NCBI RefSeq assembly: GCF_018350175.1
Contig: NC_058368.1
Coordinates: 51,337,815-51,401,814, forward strand
Reading direction: 5' to 3'
Origin: Felis catus
Lineage: Eukaryota
Length of the DNA: 64,000 nt
In this document: piece after piece, positions 58,838 through 64,000 of the stretch
How the letters are laid out: each line of letters starts with the position of its first letter
Numbering within the stretch: the stretch's first letter is position 1
The notes under the pieces: model-generated
The model's database searches: none
What the model was told of the DNA's origin: nothing
What the model saw: the letters and a program-made list of their open reading frames with translations, nothing else
Position numbers and translations under genes: made by a program

Positions 58838-61679
58838 CTGTAAGTGTTATAATTTGTAATTAAGCCATTATTCATCTTCAAAATAAGATTTTAAATCAGT
58901 TTACTATGGAAGAACAAGAGAAAAATGTTAAGAGAAGCAAGAAGAATCTGCAGCTGTTAGAAGGGATAGATCAAGAATCTACCTGCAAAGAAGCAATTTT
59001 GAAAAGATATACTACATACTTCTGTTTGCAAATATCACTAAATCAATAAAAACAGAGATAAGATCTAGCTATGGATAAAACCTATTAAGCTAGTCAGTTA
59101 TGCAATGTAAATGGGTCATAAAATTACACACATAACAAAATTCTAAATAGTTTACATGGGAAATTTTAGTTTGCTTAAAAATAACTGCATGCAAAGTCAT
59201 TTAACAATTATTTTAAACAGTGATAGTGTTAGTACTAGCCATTTAAAAAAATATTCCTAGTCAACTTGCAAATGACTTATATTTCCCAAACATCTTAGAA
59301 GGCTAACCTGTCCATCAGTACTGCTGCAGACTCAATTGAACTTTAAAAAATTTATAAAGACCAACAAGCTTTATCCAATATACTGTAATCTAATGGCTGA
59401 CTCTTATTCATCTTTCCTGCCCCACTTTGCCCCTCAGCCATTCTACTTTGTGGTCTTCTTCTGGCCCCCAATGCCACTCTCACCCAAACCTTTGTTTCAT
59501 TTCTTCTTTCCTCCTCCCTTCTTTATATAATTTCCTCCCCTAAACTTGCTTCAGGCCTTCTTCTCTCCACCTAGTTTTTACATTTGACTTTGAATATTCT
59601 GGCATTCTGACCATAAAATAAAAACCACATTCCAGAATATAAAACTTTAGTTTGGAATGTGTAAATAAGGGAGGCAATTCTGTTTTTCCTAATCTAAGAC
59701 TACACATCACTAAAATATGACCTCTATATCATCAAGATTCAAATTCCTTGTACATGGAATATATCTAGTTCTGGAAGGAATTTCAAAAGGCTGATTAGTC
59801 TAAACCACTCTCTTGTGGTATAGCAACATTAAACAAGTGTGTATAATATGCAGATACACATGTGGATCCACAGACACACATTTTTAACTAAATCTGAATT
59901 TTTATTGACCACTTTAAAATGCCAGACAGAATAACATCAAACCATTTTATGTTCAATGTTATCCTTTCTTTTTAATCTAATATTTCTAACTTTTAGTAAT
60001 AATCCAGTTAAGACAAGATGAGCCTAAATTATGACTTCTCTTTTTATAACTAAACAACTTTCTATCATTTCAAAAAGCTTTAAACTCTTTATAACACTAG
60101 GACAGTAAAACCTCACTAATTCGGAATAACACAGAATGGGTTGGCTCAGATGACTTACTAAAAAGGTCTTAATCATAGAATATTTGGGTAAAAATTCAGT
60201 TTTAATACTTTCAAGCAGTACAGATTATGGATGAAACTAAAGGCTACAATAAATAAAATGTGGTTACCTACATTATAATTCAAAATAGGCCTATATTACA
60301 TAAAAATGTACCATAAACATAAAAGTCCTTTAACATACAAGAATTAATTGCTGGACCCAGAGGCTGAAGGCACGCTGAAGGAATCCTTCATTTCTTGAGC
60401 CCTTGGTTTGAAAAGCTAGTGATTTTAGACAGGTTTCCCCTTATAAGTATGACCCTGAAAATTCAGAGGAAGAAATTATTTTGAATTTTTTACTCAAAGA
60501 AGATAACAAATCCTGCATCTGAAGTATAATAAATTCTGAATTAGTGAGAGGTTTTACTATAATAGGATAAAGAATGTGATTCCTCTTTTGCTAAATTATC
60601 TAATGTGGGTTTGCCAAATCAAATCTGAAAGAATGAATGGGCTAAAAAGAAAAAAAAAAACACAACATTTTTTTCACTCTGTCCAAAATGGAATACAATC
60701 TTAGTTCAGAGACTCCTCATCTTGGAAAGACAGGAAAGACAGGGCCTAAACAAAAGGAGTAAGTATCTTCTAAAAACCAATTTAAATAAGATAACAGATG
60801 TATAGAAATTTTACTGCTTTATCTCAATTGGTTAAAAATATCTAATTATTAAAACCAAATCTAATTTAATAGAGAAAACAAACTGTGTTCATATGATTTT
60901 GCCAGACTTAACTAAATTCAATATTACAAGTGTCATTCTACTTTATATAGATGTATTGATGCTTAATTAGAAGATTCTACCTTTGAGTTTAGCATTTTGC
61001 CCTCTCCCTTGAGTCAGAGATTAATATAGACACAAATTCCATTATAGACGCATAGCATCAGGGAAGGAGGAAAAAAAAAGCCTAGTAATTTACTGATTAA
61101 AATCACAGTGATTAAAAGAGTAGTAGTTGTTATTTAAAGGTAAAAAAAAATACCAGAAACATTTTGTTCAAGTTTATCTAAACAAACCTGTATCTAACTA
61201 TTGAAAATAATCTCAATTATTACAGATGGTGAAAACATCACAAGTAAAAAAACAGAGATGAAGTTCTTGATCATTATCAGCAGTAGTGGCAGAATTTTTA
61301 AAATATATATCTGCATCTGGTAGTTGATGTCAGTCAAAAAAATTAAATATGCTTCTAATAATTTAGAAATTTATAGGTTATTAAAGAAAAAAAAGGTACC
61401 TGATGAGTAGCCAAAAATTCAGTGTCAATTCAAGAATCAGCAAGTGAAATTCAGCAAGATTAATTCTGCTCAAGCTCCTTATTTAGTAAAGTGTTAATAA
61501 GCAGCAATAAAATTAATCTCACATTTGTAGGAAAAATAATTAGGTCTGAATATTCTTATAATTGGCCATTTAGGAAGAAGCATATCTGCATTTTCCCCTA
61601 ATATGAGTGTGTTCATAGATATGTGATATTGAAACTATAATAGCTATAAAGTTTGGACAGGTATGTATCTAAAGTAATA

Positions 61680-61790
61680 TATATATATACATATATATGT
61701 ATATATATATACGTATATATATACATACATATATATGTATATGTATATATATATACATATATATGTATGTATATATATACGTATATATAT

Positions 61791-61830
<40 letters not shown>
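61680..61830. repeat. Compound microsatellite (TA/TATATG)n-(CA)n
   Basis: Directly visible; it produces the spurious ORFs at 61613-61906. Confidence 0.95.
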
Positions 61831-61833
<3 letters not shown>

Positions 61834-62082
61834 ACACTATTTACGCATATTTGTGCACATACATAGAGAAAAGGAGATTCAGGAATTAAAGGACTTTAAC
61901 TCTTAATTTTAATCTTTATTTAATCTCCACTTTTTTGGGTAATCTTAGAGCCATGCATATCACAAAATGTATCACAGAATACTGTGAGTACTTTGAGCAA
62001 AATCACTAAAATTAAACATCAAACCAGTTATCAACTACAATTTGCTATCCACTTGCTCTGTGCTTAAACACTGAAAATTTAA

Positions 62083-62480
62083 ATAGCACAGTGGAGAAGT
62101 ACTTTTGGGCACTGAAGCCTAAGAGACTTCGACTAGAATCCTGGCTGTACTATTTGCTAGTATGAGGACAACAGGACACTGGGCCTTCTTTAAGTCTTAG
62201 CTTTCCCATCTATAAAAAAGCAATAATGATACATTACCTTACAAGGTCCTTATGAGGATTAAGTGAAATAATATATAAAAAGTGCTCAATCAATATTTAC
62301 TATTGTTGCTTTTTAAAAATCAATACAATAATCCAATGATATCAGTATTGTGACTCCACTTTACAGCTGGGAAAACCAAGGCTTAGAAGGGTTAAGTAAC
62401 CAGTCAAAAGTAATAAACAGTAGAGCAGTTTTGGAGTTTGATCGAAAATAAGGCTCATGTGTTTTACCACCACCAAATGG
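62083..62480. mobile_element. Two adjacent, oppositely oriented MIR relics
   Basis: Plus-strand MIR core at 62090-62305; minus-strand MIR core at 62340-62475. Confidence 0.65.
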
Positions 62481-64000
62481 CTGACATCTTCAATCTTTTA
62501 TAAAAATCAACTAATTAGTTACATAATTAACAAATCTCAAATCTGTGCCTTTTGGATAATTCTAAAAGAGAAAGCAAAGAATTCAATTCAAAGAATTAAA
62601 GCTAGTATTCATGGAGGATTTCTAATAGCAAGGAATATATATGTATATACAAACATATATAAAATCAGGAATTATCAATCCTATTTTTAAATAAGGAAAA
62701 CTAAAGCCAAAGCGATTATAAAATCTATGAACAGCCATATATCCTAATTAATGACAAATCTGGGATTAAAACTGAGTCCTGATTCAAAAGTTACAAGGGT
62801 TACACCATGCCTTTCTAAACAGAAAATAGGTGTAAAATACACACAGATGTTTATCAGTGAGCCTTCGGATTTTCACATTGGTCACTTCAAGCCAGATTTC
62901 AAGACTGATCTCCAGAATAATTCAGATGTTCCTAACTAGGAGTACTACAAAACAATGTTTTTCTACGTAAGGGACTAAAGAGCTGAAACAAATGTTAATC
63001 CAGGTATCTGTTTGAAATATGATCATATAGAAACAAATTACTCTGTTTTATGGATCATATGTTAGACTTACTAACATATAACAAGCCTCATATACTCTAG
63101 TTTGACTAATCAAAATTTCCCTGGAACAGGATGGATTCTGTAACCTTCTCTGAATTCCTTTCAATCAGGCAGAAGCTCTCCAACTTTCCATCTTAGAACT
63201 CATTCCTGTTAACAATGAATCCACAGTTGTTAACCTCCACACGCCCATAAAAAAGTCATAGTCTAGGCAATTTTACCTATTACCATCCTATAGTTTCTAC
63301 CACCAATGTATTTAAAGGTAAGCTAGGACACAGCAATTAATATAGTGAATTTCTCCGTGGAAGACAAACAGGGTAAGGAAAAAGAGAAAAATATATGTAT
63401 TAAAAGACTGTGACTGTGGTTCTATATAGCAAGAGTAAAAGCAGTGTATGGTGAGGTGATTAAATGACAGGGACAGTGGGACTAATGGGACAAAGGAAGG
63501 GAGAATTTGTGGGTGTACAGGAATTAGTCAGTGGTAAATCAATACTCCAAATAAAACAGCACCATTTGATATTACTTACTTACACTTTAAATTCATTTTG
63601 GTGGTAAAGAGATGAAACTGTTTCAGTTATAAAACCATAAAACCTGATAAAAAAACATATATGCATACACACAACTGGCTGTATACTGTAATACTACAAG
63701 TAGATCCTTCTGAAGAGGTTGCTACAAATATGCAGTCTGGTTATAAAATAAACCTGCAGCAGTTAAGATGGAACTATTGATGAGTAATTTGTATAGTTAA
63801 TCAATGAGACATTGTAATAAGTCTGTTTTGAATTTGTAACCCTAGCCTTCATTTGGGATTTCATCTTCAAATTCTGCAAAATAAAGATGTTTGGCCATAA
63901 GATAGCAACATGGAGCTGAAAAAGTTTTAAACTGTTTCATGAAATGTGAACATTTAACTTCAGGTAAAGTGCTGGAAAAATTGCACTTTCCAACAACTGG

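Noticed and set aside
60340..60460. Possible extra MYCBP2 exon after a TTTTCAG acceptor-like site
   Set aside because: No resemblance to the expected upstream MYCBP2 peptide and no convincing donor; the next upstream exon seems to lie outside the window
61613..61906. Tyr/Ile/His-rich ORFs on both strands
   Set aside because: Artefact of the (TA)n/(CA)n microsatellite

Overview
Mammalian (felid, probably domestic cat or a close relative) genomic DNA. The species call rests on about 28 CanSINE/SINEC_Fc-type elements and a feline L1. The window lies inside MYCBP2 (PAM/PHR1; Highwire/RPM-1 family giant E3 ubiquitin ligase) on the minus strand. I resolved 17 coding exons (58718-58837 down to 1-203, 2599 nt, about 866 codons). 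All splice sites visible in the window are GT-AG and the reading phases join into one open frame, covering the C-terminal RCC1-like repeats, PHR domain 1, the linker and the start of PHR domain 2. The gene continues beyond both edges. The introns hold a 5.4-kb decayed L1 inserted into a SINE tail, truncated L1s, MIR/L2/LTR/hAT relics and microsatellites. I found no evidence for a new biological system. The best leads are an unidentified TSD-flanked ~460-bp retro-insert, a fossil hAT/Charlie transposase not visible in the ORF track, and SINE arrangements around exons that could affect splicing, circularisation or deletion. Repeat subfamily names and comparisons with human MYCBP2 are from memory and need RepeatMasker/BLAST confirmation. 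Boundaries of the old repeats are approximate.
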